DNA of 64,000 bases from NCBI GenBank assembly GCA_951406725.2, contig OX597825.1, positions 23,932,001-23,996,000 of the forward strand. Reading direction: 5' to 3'. This DNA is from Octopus vulgaris (taxonomy: Eukaryota). The notes beneath the pieces were generated by a model. That model was not told the origin of the DNA and ran no database searches. It was given only the letters and a program-made list of their open reading frames with translations. Shown here one piece after another: positions 41,880 to 55,023 of this stretch. The position numbers and the translations under genes were made by a program. Each line of letters starts with the position of its first letter. Positions within the stretch are counted from its first letter, which is position 1.

Positions 41880-42512
41880 TTTTCACATTTTACAGTTTAT
41901 CTCAAATTTTCTATAGACTTCAGAGCCAGCACTGAAAATCACAACGTTTCGCATACGAATAGGTCTATGCAAATAATGCGATCGAAGATAGAAAAAGATG
42001 TGTGTACATGCATATTTCAAGAGTTATTGCTCATTTATCAGTACCACATCCAACCTATTAACCATCCACGAACGCATTGCTTAAATAACCAGTACGTTTA
42101 GCGATTTAGTACTATGGATCAACTAATTTATATAGTAAACACATTCTTGGCAAGTGGTATGTCAATATTAACGGCTACAAATTACACAGTATTTCGCTTT
42201 GTAACCTTAATATACTACTATGTATGCATATGTACCTATCTGTGTTTAATATCTAAATTGCTCTATTCAAAAGTGTGACAGCACTAAACTTAGTGGGTAC
42301 TTAAACAATGCGCTCGTGGTTGGTTGAGTGGTTGGATGCGGCACTGATGAAATCGCAATAAGTCTTGAAATATGCATATACACCGATCGCCTACTTTTTC
42401 TATCTTCAATCGCATTGTTTACATAGATGTATTCCTATAAGAAACGTCGTAATTTTCAGTGCTGCCTCTGACTTCTATTGAAAATCTGTAGAGATAAACC
42501 TAAAATTGAGAA
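41880..42512. mobile_element. old ~220-bp-arm inverted repeat, each arm with a decayed hammerhead
   Basis: 41880-42105 inverts 42280-42512; CTGATGA...GAAA-TATGCATA-TA at 42339-42385 and a mirror copy at 42001-42046. Confidence 0.65.
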
Positions 42513-42782
42513 TATTGCACTACTAACTCAAAATATAAACTGTTATCATTCTTAGTAGTATATTATGGTAGCAAAGCGAAGCACTGTGTCCTTATGAGAA
42601 TTAAAGAATTAATATTACGAATATAATTTTATATATGTATATATATATATATCCACGCACAAGGCTTTGGTCGGCCCGAGGCTATAGCAGAACACACTTA
42701 ACCAAGGTGCCACGCAATGGGACTGAACCCAGAACCATGTGGTTGGGAAGCAAGCTTCTTATACCACACAGCCACTCCTGCA

Positions 42783-42885
<103 letters not shown>

Positions 42886-44287
42886 GTTTGTGTGTGTGTC
42901 TTTATGTCTGTTTGTCTCCCACCGCCATTTCAGGACTGGTGTTGCTGTGTTTACGACTCTGCAGTTTAGCGGTTCGGCAAGTTGAAGCGATAGAAAAAGT
43001 AACACGCTTAAAAAAAAAACTAAGAACTAGAGCTGATTCGTTCGACTAAACCAAAAAAAACAAAAACTTTATGGTGGTGCTCTAGCATTGCCGCAGTCTA
43101 ATAATGATAGAAACAGGTAAAAAAAGTAAAAGATTCTTGGACTCAAAGATATTATAGTCACGACTAGCTTGCAAGTTTAACTCGTACTTCAATATCATTC
43201 CTTCAGACCGACCGATTTGATGCGAAGGAAACCGAACATGTAGAGGCTCTTTCGTCAACCCGTACCATCGCTCATTCACTAAGCTGGCAGTTGGCAGCTC
43301 TGTCCAGTTTCCCAAATGTTACACGAATAAGGAACAGAACTTTTTTTCCGGATGGAACGATATAATATCTCGATTGCTTGTTTTTTTCGTTTTTCAGCCC
43401 ATTCCTAGGAAACTTGAAAATGTAACGACTGGTTAAATCGAATAACTAACTATATTAATACCAGCAGTATTGACTTAAAGTGTAAACTTTGTCTTTCAGA
43501 TTTGTTTCACATATCGGACAACAACGCCGTGTCGTTGATGGCATACAAGTAACCAATAAAAGAAAAAAATTACTATGTAAGACGTCCAGCACGGAATTTT
43601 ATATTGCATTCCTTGACAACAGGATTAGATTAGCGAATTTCAGGCATTTAGTGTTACAGAAAAGGAAATTCTTTGGATTAATTCCTATGCATTTCCGTTA
43701 GAATTTGTTACCGTTTATCGCTGTATCTTTGCGAGTTTCAAACATAAATATTTACAAAAAAATGTATTGCGTTCGTTGTATTCTATGGCTTATTTGTAAA
43801 ATCTCTGAGCAACAGAATCACCTCATGTGTTTTTATGACTTTTAGACTACAAATAAAACGGAAACTGTTGGACTAAAATCATTTGAAATATTTATTTCTG
43901 TCTGACTGTCTCTGTCCTTCTTCATTTTCAGTTCAAATATGGCGGCGAGCTGGCAGAATCGCTATCACACCGGACAAACTGCTTAACAGCATTACGTTCG
44001 TCTTTACGTTCTAAGTTCAAATTCCAGCCGAGGTCGGCTTTGCCTTTGATCCTTTCGAGGTCGATAAAATAAGTACAAGTTGATCACTGGAGTCGATGTA
44101 ATCGACTTAAGTCGTACCCCCCCCCCCATGAACTTTCAAGCCTTCTGGCAAAACTTGGAACCAGTATTTATGTGTACATAGTGCTTATTTCTTACATTTG
44201 CCTGTTCGTGTGTAAATAGGATACAATACATTCATACGTACATTCAGATAGATAGATAGAGATAGAGATAGAAACACATATATATAG

Positions 44288-44336
<49 letters not shown>

Positions 44337-44392
44337 TAATACATAAAAATATATATAATGAAATGTTATCTATAAATTTGTGCATATGTGTA

Positions 44393-44455
<63 letters not shown>

Positions 44456-45194
44456 ATGTATGTATATGTACATTTAGGTATATATATATATATATATATA
44501 AATTGATTGGTTAATTGATTGACTGATAAATAGGTGTCTTTTTTCATAAATGATTTCCTTTTCCTTTCTACATTCATTGAACTGGAAATTAGGAAATACA
44601 TCTGAATTTGTTAAAAAGAATAAAATAAATCAACTAAAATCATCAATTAATCAAAAACGTCACTTGTTTTATTTTGGTTTTTTTTTTTTTACATGTTTTC
44701 TTTCGCAAAACTAAAAAGACGGTGAATGCAAAATAAAATGGAGGGAGAAAAGCCACAATGTCATTACAGCGAGAAAACATTACATAGAGTTTTCTTGACA
44801 CGAGAACAATTTATTTTTATGCTCTGAGTTTTAAGAAATGTAAGGTTTATTTAAGAAAGGAAATTAGAAAAAGACTTAGTATGTTAGCAATTTGATTAGA
44901 GGTTTGCAATTCAGTATCTTATTATGGTTCTATCATTTTTGGAATAGCCGAAGTACGTGATTCATTGTCATTTGTCCAGCGACCGTGAAATAGCGTCCAT
45001 TTAAACTTTTCTAGGAATTGTTTTCGTCGATATTTTATCCTTCGCTCGTTTAACGAAAAATTCTATTTCCTTGTAAATCAACGTGTATGAACGTACATTT
45101 TTTAGGCATACAGGCACGCACGCACGCACACACGCACACACACACGTATACAAAATATATATGTACGTATATATAAATATGCATAAACGTGTAT

Positions 45195-45611
45195 AAGGCG
45201 GCGAGCTGGCAGACACGTTAGCGCGCCGGGCGAAATGCTTAGCGGTATTTCGTCTGCGTTACGTTGTGAGTTCAAATTCCGCCGAGGTCGACTTTGCCTT
45301 TCATCCTTTCGGGGTCGATAAATTAAGTACCAGTTATGTACAGGGGTCGATTTAATCGACTTAATCCCTTTGTTTGTCCTTGTTTGTCCCCTCTGTGTTT
45401 AGCCCCTTGTGGGTAATAAAGAAATAGGTATTTCGTCTGTCGTTACGTTCTGAGTTCAAATTCCGCCGAGGTCAACTTTACCTTTCATCCTTTCGGGGTC
45501 GATAAATAAAAGTACCAATTTCGCACTGGGGGCGATATAATCGACCCAATCCCTTCGTCTGTCCTTGTTTGTCCCCTCTATGTTTAGCCCATTGTGGGCA
45601 GTAAAGAAATA
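45195..45611 (+). mobile_element. SINE group B dimer
   Basis: Full head AAGGCGGCGAGCTGGCAG..., junction AAGAAATA|GGTATTTCG at 45426/45427. Confidence 0.9.
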
Positions 45612-45629
45612 TATATAGGCACACTCATT

Positions 45630-45689
<60 letters not shown>

Positions 45690-45940
45690 GTATATATATA
45701 TATATGTATATATATATTTAAAAAATTTAGAAAATATTAAAAAAATTATAAAAAAATAAATAAAAATTTATAAATAAAAACTAATAATTTTAAATTAAAA
45801 TTTTTAATTTTATATTTTATATATTTTGTATATTATATTAATTATTTTTATTTTTATGTTTTAGTTTATGTTTTTCACTGTTTGATTTGCCTAATAGTGG
45901 TTTTATCTCTAATTTAATTCATATATATATATATATATAC

Positions 45941-46000
<60 letters not shown>

Positions 46001-46004
<4 letters not shown>

Positions 46005-46390
46005 AATATTAGGGAATAAATCCAAATTTACAGGGAAAAAAATCAGATTTAAGATTAAATCAATTTTATAGTAAAATATTATAAAATATTATTAGAGACA
46101 AAACCACTATTTTGCAAAACAAACAAGGAAAGACTTAATCAATACATAAAATTTTAATAAATAGTCAAAAAAACCGCCACTACAATCGTTTCTTGTCTTG
46201 ATCGACAATCTTCAGGTGGACTTCAATAAGTCAGTTTCAAAGTAATTTGAAACTGACTTATTGAAGTCCACCTGAAATTGTCGATCAAGACAACATTGTA
46301 GTGGCGGTTTTTTGACTATTTATTAAAATTTTATGTATTGATTAAGTCTTTCCTTGTTTGTTTTGCAAAATAGTGGTTTTGTCTCTAATA

Positions 46391-46400
<10 letters not shown>
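46001..46400. mobile_element. Penelope-type element forming a ~160-bp-arm palindrome
   Basis: 46080-46241 inverts 46246-46400 around a GTAA loop; inside (TA)n. Confidence 0.85.
46177..46219 (-). ncRNA. canonical minimal type-I hammerhead ribozyme
   Basis: RC CCAC-CTGAAGA-TTGTC-GATCAA-GACAA-GAAA-CGATTG-TA-GTGG: all core nucleotides and stems I and II intact. Confidence 0.8.
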
Positions 46401-46421
<21 letters not shown>

Positions 46422-47051
46422 GATTATACTTAGATCAATATCCCTCCCGCTCTTTATATATGTATGTAAAAATGTATATACGTACATATACATATGTACA
46501 TGCATATACATGTATACATGCATACACATACACACACACTCACACACAGACGTATGCGTGGTTACATACATGCGTTTACATAGAAACCTCCCACTTTTAG
46601 CTTCCGGTACGTAATTAACTGTTTAAATACGCAGTTGAACTTGAATCGTTCTTGGAAACTTTTCGTTCGAAAGCTTTCTCAAAGGAACAGGATCCAATTT
46701 CATTTGTTTGATGACAAATGTTCTGAATTCTACTTTGATCAATAAATCTCTGTCTTACAAATCGATACAGGGAAAGTATATGCAACATCAATTCAGGCAA
46801 AATTTGGGATGAAGATTTCATTTTCTTGCAGAATATCTTATGTTGTTTGAAGACAACACAACATTCTCCTATAAATAATGCTGGTTTATGTTAATATTTG
46901 CAGACGTCCAACAGTAGATGCATCTTGTTTCATTTGCCGCTGTCTTGATATGTATGAATATGATACAGTACAGATGCACAGATACTCGTGTATACGTGCG
47001 CATACTTATTGTGTGTGCTTGTGCGTGAATGTGGCTGTGTGTTGTGTGTGT

Positions 47052-47095
<44 letters not shown>

Positions 47096-47098
<3 letters not shown>

Positions 47099-48298
47099 GG
47101 TCATCCCTTAAGTTCTGTCCGATTTTACCTTTTCTAAAATTGAATGAAATTTAATTGTATTTTAGAATGTCTAATGGAATTAAAAATTATTTTTATGCAT
47201 TCATATACATTTAAACTAATTAAATACTATTTTACAGAATAATAGAATTTAAATTTCTTTGATTAAAACTCTTTCTAACATGGAAGTATCCAAGAAACAT
47301 TTAAGGCACATAACGCTTTATGGGTACAAAAAAGGAAACTCTGCAACCGAAGTGACTCGAAACATACACTCAGTTTATGGGAAAGAACGCTTGAATGAAA
47401 GACCTTGCAGAAGATTGTTTGAAAAATTCAGAAGTGAAGATCGAACAGGACGTCCAGTTGAGTTTGATGATAAGCTCCTTGAGGCATTACTTGAAGAAAC
47501 TCCTGCATTATCAGTTAACAAATTGGCAATGAAGCTTAGTTCAAACCATACAACTGTTCATCATCATCTTCAACAACCTGGAAAGGTTCCTAGACTTGGA
47601 AAATGGGTGCCTCATGAATTGTCCGAAAGCAACCGCAAATCCCGAGTTGACGTGCTATTCTCTCCATTTCACCCTTTTTGGATAGGCTCGTGACTGGTGA
47701 CAAAAAATGGATCTTCTATCGAAATGTTAAACGTCGTAAACAGTGGCTTGGTAAAAGGGGAAAAGCTCAACCACAACCGAGAATGGAACTTCATGGAAAA
47801 AATATTCTTCTTTCTATCTGGTGGGATTGCAAAGGGGTAATTCACTTTGAAGTGTTACTACCTAATAAGAGCGTTTGATCCAAGCTTTGAAGAAAAAAGA
47901 CCCGCGTTAGTGAATCGAGATGTTTCATCGGGATAATGCGCGACCCCACGCTGCAAAGATCACATCACAGAAGATCGAAGAGCTTGGTTGGGAAAAATTC
48001 CTCATCCACGTTATTCTCCCGACCTTGGTCCTTCAGACTACCATTTGTTTCCTAGTTTACAGAATCATTTGGGGGACATAACTTTCGCAAGCCAGGCGGA
48101 GGTCGAAATTAACATATCAGAATTTTTCGCTTTGAAACCAAAATAATTTTACATTGATGGGATTAAAAGGCTTGTAAATAGATGGAATGAAGTCATAGAT
48201 AATCAGGGAAAGTACATTGATGATAAAATTTCAATTAAATATAACATTTGATCACTTGTTTTCATTATTTAAAATTCGGACAGAACTTATATAATGAC

Positions 48299-48302
<4 letters not shown>
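47096..48302 (+). mobile_element. near full-length mariner transposon, transposase pseudogene
   Basis: TIRs AGGTCATCCCTTAAGTTCTGTCCG / CGGACAGAACTTATATAATGACCT; motifs WVPHEL, VTGDKKW, DNARPH, YSPDLGPSDY across frameshifts (~47280-48225). Confidence 0.95.
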
Positions 48303-48363
<61 letters not shown>

Positions 48364-48441
48364 TCATCCCATATGAGACCTGATATAATTGGATAAGTGG
48401 AAGAAAGCCGTCCGGTCGATAATTTTAAATAATTTATAAAT

Positions 48442-48822
48442 ACTTTTTTACTAGTTTCAGTCGTTTGACTGTAGCCATGCTGGAGCACCGCCTTTAGTCG
48501 AGCAAATCGACCCCAGGACTTATTTTTTGTAAGCCTATTACTTATTCTATCGGTCTCTTATGCCGAACCACTCAGCTACTGGGACGTAAACACACCAGCA
48601 TCGGTTGTCAAGCGATGTTAGTGGGGGGGACAAACACAGATACACATACACATATAAATATACATATATACGACAGGCTTCTTTCAATTTCCGCCTACCA
48701 AATCCACTCACAAGGCTTTGGTCGGCCCGAGGCTATAGTAGAAGACACTTGGCCAAGGTGACTGAACCCGGAACCATGTGGCTCGTAAGCAAGCTACTTA
48801 CCACACAGCCACGCCTACGTCT
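48442..48822 (-). mobile_element. SINE group A (followed by an older copy at 48830-49190)
   Basis: Similarity to the other group A copies. Confidence 0.85.
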
Positions 48823-49617
48823 ATACTTTACTTTTTCCTTTTACTTCTTCCATTCATTGGATTGTAGCCATACCAGGAAGCTGCCTTAAAGGACATATTC
48901 GCGAACATCGATCCTCAATACTTTCTTTGAAAGCCGGGCACTTACAACATTTGTCCTTTTTTGTTGAACCGCTAAGTTGTAACCACACCAGCAACAGTTG
49001 ACAAGTCCTGGAGGTGGAAACAAATACGAACAAAAAGATACACTCACACATATAACGAGGTTCGGCACAGTTTCCATCTGGATGTCCAGAGCCAATAGCA
49101 GAAGGCACTCGTTAAAGGAGCCGTGCAACGGAACTGAACCTGAAACCACTTGGTTGAAAAGCAGCTTCATTACCACACCTATGCCTGAACTTAGATATTT
49201 ATGGAATATTTTCGCGCTCTATACAAGCCTTCACAATCCGGAGCCAAGTCTCTTAAAGTGAAATTGTTGTTGTTGTTGTTATCGTTGTTGTTGAAAAACA
49301 TTTTATTTCCGTATCATTTGTAAGTATATTTATCAATTTTAAGTGAAACTTATTTCATTTTGATTTCGTTTCGGTTGATTCTGTTATATATAAACCTATT
49401 TATATTTAGAAAGTATGTAACAGATAAATTTGATTTTACGGCTTCTTGTGTACAAACTTCGATTTTTTTTCAAACCAGCGTGAACAGAAGCTCAAACTGT
49501 TAAAAGCATGCTTTTGTTACAATGGTAATAAAATATGTTTGCTTTTGAGAAATATCTATATTCTTTATGTTGGGCGTCATGGAGTACCTGTTTACATTTA
49601 ATTTAATGTATATATGT

Positions 49618-49651
<34 letters not shown>

Positions 49652-49689
49652 TCAAATCTATAACCGATATATATATATATGTATATATT

Positions 49690-50044
49690 GATAAAAACGG
49701 TAAGACAACGAAAGAAAGAAAGAGACCTCGATATTATGTAAATAGAGGAATTTATCTGTAAATGTAATAGTGACAGTTATTCGATAGCCATGATAAAACT
49801 CCGAATTTCGGATGCCGTGATGGAAACCCACGTCGCCATCTCTTCAGTTATCCGGCCATCGGAAAAATGCTATGAAAAATGACCGTTCAATCACACAGTA
49901 ATTTCCCTTTGTATAACGGTCATTTTTCATAGCTTTTTCCGATGACCGGATAACTGCTGAAGAGATGGCGACATGGATTTCCACCTCAGCATCCGAAACT
50001 CGAAGTTTTATGATGGCTACCGAATATTTATCACATATTACATT

Positions 50045-50048
<4 letters not shown>
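49690..50048. mobile_element. Penelope-type element, inverted pair with hammerheads
   Basis: 49757-49887 inverts 49915-50048; homologous to 53578-53727. Confidence 0.8.
49792..49852 (-). ncRNA. hammerhead motif
   Basis: RC GATAA-CTGAAGA-GATG...CATC-C-GAAA-TTCGGAG-TT-TTATC; mirror copy at ~49949-50012. Confidence 0.65.
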
Positions 50049-50124
<76 letters not shown>

Positions 50125-50139
50125 CATACATACATATTT

Positions 50140-50173
<34 letters not shown>

Positions 50174-50505
50174 ACATATATAATTTTATTCTGTTACTTG
50201 TTCCAGTCATTTGACTGCGGCCATTCTGGAGTGCCGTCTTAAAGAAATCGACACCAGGACTTATTATTTGTAAGCCTAGTACTTATTCTATCGATTTCTT
50301 TTACCGAACTGCTAAGTTACCGGGATATAAACACACCAGTATCGGTAGTCAAGACACACACCCACACACACACAAACAAACACAAATATACACAGACACT
50401 CACACAGATACACAGACACACGTACACACACACAAATACATACACCTATACACACATATACGACGAGCTTCTCACCACACAGCCACGGCTGCGCCTATGT
50501 TTATG

Positions 50506-50547
<42 letters not shown>

Positions 50548-50555
50548 AGTGCTAT

Positions 50556-50640
50556 TGGAGCTATTCATCAGAAATATAGAAAAAGTCCCAAGAAGGGAAG
50601 ATGGAGAAAGAAAATCGCCAACGATACACACGCGGTCACA
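50556..50640 (-). mobile_element. diverged truncated copy of the 27957 family
   Basis: RC TGTGACCGCGTGTGTATCGTTGGCGATTTT...TTT-CTGATGA-ATAGCTCC. Confidence 0.65.
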
Positions 50641-50652
50641 TATTGAATCCTC

Positions 50653-50711
<59 letters not shown>

Positions 50712-50721
50712 TTCAGTAAAA

Positions 50722-50798
50722 ATGATGAGTACTCAGCATTTTAAAACTGTTGTAATACTTACAACATTTAATAAATGATGTAGTACGAAACGATCGTA
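50722..50798 (+). ncRNA. truncated hammerhead motif with long stem II
   Basis: ATGATGA-GTACT...AGTAC-GAAA-CGATCG-TA; C3 and stem I not preserved; between (TA)n tracts. Confidence 0.45.
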
Positions 50799-50830
50799 CC
50801 AAATTACCGGAGTCATTCTTGTTGCTTATT

Positions 50831-50899
<69 letters not shown>

Positions 50900-51253
50900 C
50901 TTGGCCAGGTTGTTTAAGTAAACTAATTGGACCAAAACACACAAGAAATGCATTGTGACCAGCGGTGTCACACTCGTTAGTCTGAATCATACATGTGACA
51001 CTGATGATACAGTTGATACACACAGACACACACACACGCACACACATGTATTCATATATACACATATATACATATGTATGTGCGACGTATGTGACAATGT
51101 ATTGATGTAGAGAATTGGGTGTAGACCTTGTGTCCAGTGCTATCTTTTTACTTAAACGTAAAATGTATCAATAAAGGAGCCGTCTTCTAGCGACAGTCGC
51201 AATCTCTGTTGTGTAACCCCTTTTTAAAAATCGCAGCCAATTTTGCAATAATA

Positions 51254-51653
51254 GGCGCAGGAGTGGCTGTGTGGTAAGTAGCTTGTTTACCAACCACATG
51301 GTTCCGGGTTCGGTCTCACTGCGTGGCACCTTGGGCAAGTGTCTTCTACTATAGCCTCGGGCCGATCAAAGCCTTGTGAGTGGATTTGGTAGACGGAAAC
51401 TGAAAGAAGCCCATCATATATATGTATATATATATATGTGTATGTGTGTGTGTATGTGTTTGTCCCCCTAGCATTGCTTGACAACCGATGCTGGTGTGTT
51501 TATGTCCCCGTTACTTAGCGGTTCGGCAAAAGAGACCGATAGAATAAGTACTGGGCTTACAAAGAATAAGTCCCGAGGTCGAGCTGCTCGACTAAAGGCG
51601 GTGCTCCAGCATGGCCGTAGTCAACTGACTGAAACAAGTAAAAGAGTAAAGAG
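51254..51653 (+). mobile_element. SINE group A, full length
   Basis: GGCGCAGGAGTGGCTGTGTGGTAAG head to GTAAAAGAG tail; TAATA duplicated on both sides. Confidence 0.9.
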
Positions 51654-52191
51654 TAATACCGATGGGATTATTCACACATAAATGGAAATCTGATCTGGGA
51701 TTATTTCAAGCCAGAGCATCAAAATCCATTTTAATGAAAATTGGAAAAGATTACTCAATGTCTATTTCATATTTTTGAGCAAAAAAAGCGATCGATTTTG
51801 AAAGAATTCAAAAATTAATCAATAATATTCATGATGCGATCAAATTCTCAATCGAAATTAATGAAAAGGCACTTCAATTTCTAAAGAGTCTGATAACTAA
51901 AGAAAAGGAAATTCTTACAGCTGGTTTTTGCTGCATAGAATCAGATACGTGCCAGAACTTAGGCTTTAGATCCTGCCATTTATCCTATATTAAAATATTG
52001 CATTTAATATGGCAAGACGTATATGCGCAATTGTTACAGATTTAATTAGAGGAAGCAGATGAAGCTAATAACTAAAATTACGCCTCTAAAACAGGAAACT
52101 AACCAAGACTTAATAAATAATAGCATAACTAAGGCAAACAAATTCTAATTTCGGGCGTCGGAAGAAACAGGTAAATGCACAATTACGTGTA

Positions 52192-52642
52192 CACTAGTCC
52201 CTCGACTATCGCGGTTATCATGTTCCAAAAACCTCCCACAGAAATAATTAAAATCTAAAAAAATATAAATACCTATCGGCTGCAGAAACCCGCGATCGAT
52301 ATACTGAGGAGTCTGCGATATAAATTTACAGATATTTGCCAGAAAATCCCGCGATGTACTTAGTGCGCGATAGGGGAACCGCGATGCACTGAAAACACAG
52401 TAGGCGAACCGTGATGTACTGAGTGCGTGATAGGTGATCCGCGATGTACTCAGTGTACATTAGGTGAACCGCGATATACTGAGTGCGCGATAGGGGAACC
52501 GCGATGTATTGAATGCACAGTGGGCGAACCGTGATGTACTGAATGCGTGATAGGTGATCCGCGATATACTCAGTGTACATTAGGTGAACCGCGATGTACT
52601 GAGTGCGCGATAAGGGAACCGCGATATGGCAAGTGATTACTC
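52192..52642. mobile_element. pogo/Tigger-like MITE carrying a minisatellite
   Basis: Imperfect TIRs CACTAGTCCCTCGACTATCGCGGTT / AACCGCGATATGGCAAGTGATTACTC with TA flanks. Confidence 0.6.
52351..52620. repeat. 30-bp minisatellite, 9 units, 120-bp higher-order repeat
   Basis: Units GCGATGTACT...GAACC arranged ABCD-ABCD-A. Confidence 0.95.
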
Positions 52643-53124
52643 TACTCTACTTGAAATTCACTATACTCCGGAAAAAAATACAACATTTTACATTCGGCCA
52701 AGAATAGATTTTAATTCTATGCTTGTCATCGAATCTAGGTAAAAACTATTAAAGAATCACTATTAACTGTCAAAGACAACCATTAGATTTAAAATATCTA
52801 AACTCGAAATTGACAGAGCAAAAAGTAACAAAATCTGTTGTACTTATTTCAGTAGGAACTAAATTGGTCTAACAGGAGCAGATTTACATTGAGTACAAAA
52901 ATTACAGAAAACTAAGAGGAGAAACCATGGTGTATCAGGTTCGACAACAGATTTTTGGGATCTCAGAATTACATAATCGTCGTAGTGTTGGTTGATGGAG
53001 TGTGTAAAAAGTCAAGAATATACCGTCAATAGTGAATTCATATAAAACATTACCGTAAATCCGGTCTCAGTCTTCAGGGAGAACAGATTTACAGCTACTC
53101 CGAGTATCACTGGATCGCACCTGT

Positions 53125-53200
<76 letters not shown>

Positions 53201-53364
53201 AAATATTAAAATATTAAAATATTAAAATTACTAAGTCTCTTGTTCGAAGGTTATATGGATACAGTTTGTGTATCAAATAGCTAACTTAAGGCGATGGCCT
53301 CATGGAGCTAATAAGCGGACAGCTTTATTCTTATTTTTATAAGAATACCATATTAGTATGGCGA

Positions 53365-53411
<47 letters not shown>

Positions 53412-53456
53412 TTATATATATATGTATATATGTGTATATATATGTGTGTATGTAAA

Positions 53457-53529
<73 letters not shown>

Positions 53530-53577
53530 GTGTATATATATATATGTATATATTAATAATAATAATATGACAACAAA

Positions 53578-53727
53578 AGAATGAATGAGACCTCGATATT
53601 TTGTAATATAGAGGAATTTATCTATAAATATATGTGACAATTAGTTAGTTTTCACAATAAAACTCAGAGTTTCGGATGTCGGGGTTGAAGTCTGCTCCGA
53701 CATCACATCAGTTATTAAGACAAACGC
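53578..53727 (-). mobile_element. diverged copy of the 49690 family with hammerhead motif (53656-53716)
   Basis: RC AATAA-CTGATGT-GATGTCGG...CCGACATC-C-GAAA-CTCTGAG-TT-TTATT. Confidence 0.65.
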
Positions 53728-53749
53728 TATATATATATATATATGTATG

Positions 53750-53976
<227 letters not shown>

Positions 53977-54218
53977 TCACAGCTCATGTGAGCTGAAACT
54001 AGAATCAATCAATCATATATACACACACACACACATAATTGTTACACAGCTTGTGTGAGGGAGGTAATCTTTCTATATAATATTTAACGGTATTAGGAGT
54101 TTGAATTTGAAATGAAGGAATAAGGAAAAAGCATAAAGTATGCAACATATTTAATCTTTCTTCTCGCTTTTTAGGTATGTGTGTGTGTATATATATATAT
54201 ATATGTGTGTGTGTGCGC

Positions 54219-54257
<39 letters not shown>

Positions 54258-55023
54258 TGTTTGTGTGTGTATGTGTGTGTGTTTGTATATGTAAATATGT
54301 ATATACGTAGTACGTATATATGTATGTATGTATAAATATATATACTCACTACTCAGAATTATCGGCTTGACAACTTTTTGTCCAGTTCTGACATTGCATT
54401 GATTCTATCAAGCTTTAACTACCGTCTCATTCTCCCGAATGAATCCGAGTAGCTGAATCAATTTATGTCACTTAAAACCGTTATTATGAAGGAGGAGAAA
54501 ACTATAATACAACTACATACTTACTCTATAAGTTGGAAAATCTGAATAGAATCGATTATTCTTACCAATCGAAAAAATATTCCACATTATGTCTTATACA
54601 ATGCAATTTGAACAACGAAGCCATATTTTATAGAACACGAGGAGAGATTACTTTGCGTTATACTTTTTATTCCACCTCAGTAGTTTTACTATACTACTTA
54701 GAAATTGAAATTGCATGAGATTATCTGAAGGTCAGGCAGTTCAAATTATATATTAAATTATAGTTTAGGATATCGTTTGCTATCATAGCGGGTATCTGTT
54801 GTGACCAAAAATCGGGCCGGCAAATAATCCTGAAACGGTCGTAATGGTAAAGTTGTTACTTTTAAAATATTTAAAGAATAAAATGTTTTTTTAATTATCA
54901 CAATATTTTTAATCGCATGAAATATTAAAATATTCATTAGGAAGAATTTGTGTGTGAGTCTGTGTGTGTATGTGTGAGTGAGTGCGATGTGTGTGTGTGC
55001 GTGTATACATATATATATATATA

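Larger units (their letters stand above)
51215..52900 (+). pseudogene. decayed Penelope-like element RT, interrupted by a SINE and a MITE
   Basis: Peptides KIAANFAI/IPMG, WKRLLNVYFI, INNIHDAIKFSIE..LQFL, SDTCQNLGFRSCH, NIAFNMARRICAIV, INCQRQPLDLK parallel the PLE motifs APxYAxLxMG, RYxDD, HPxIKFTxE..FLD, YLxFxSCHP, RQPxNL. Confidence 0.7.

Noticed and set aside
46615-46821. ORF with CSFEKAFE, loosely like a Gla domain, or a plus-strand terminal exon
   Set aside because: Motif too weak, and no supporting neighbouring exons can be identified
52351-52620. CRISPR-like repeat/spacer appearance
   Set aside because: The variable segments recur every 120 bp, there are no cas genes, and the context is eukaryotic
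53981-54002. AGCTC-ATGT-GAGCT-GAAA-CTAG hammerhead 3' half
   Set aside because: CUGANGA and stem I are absent
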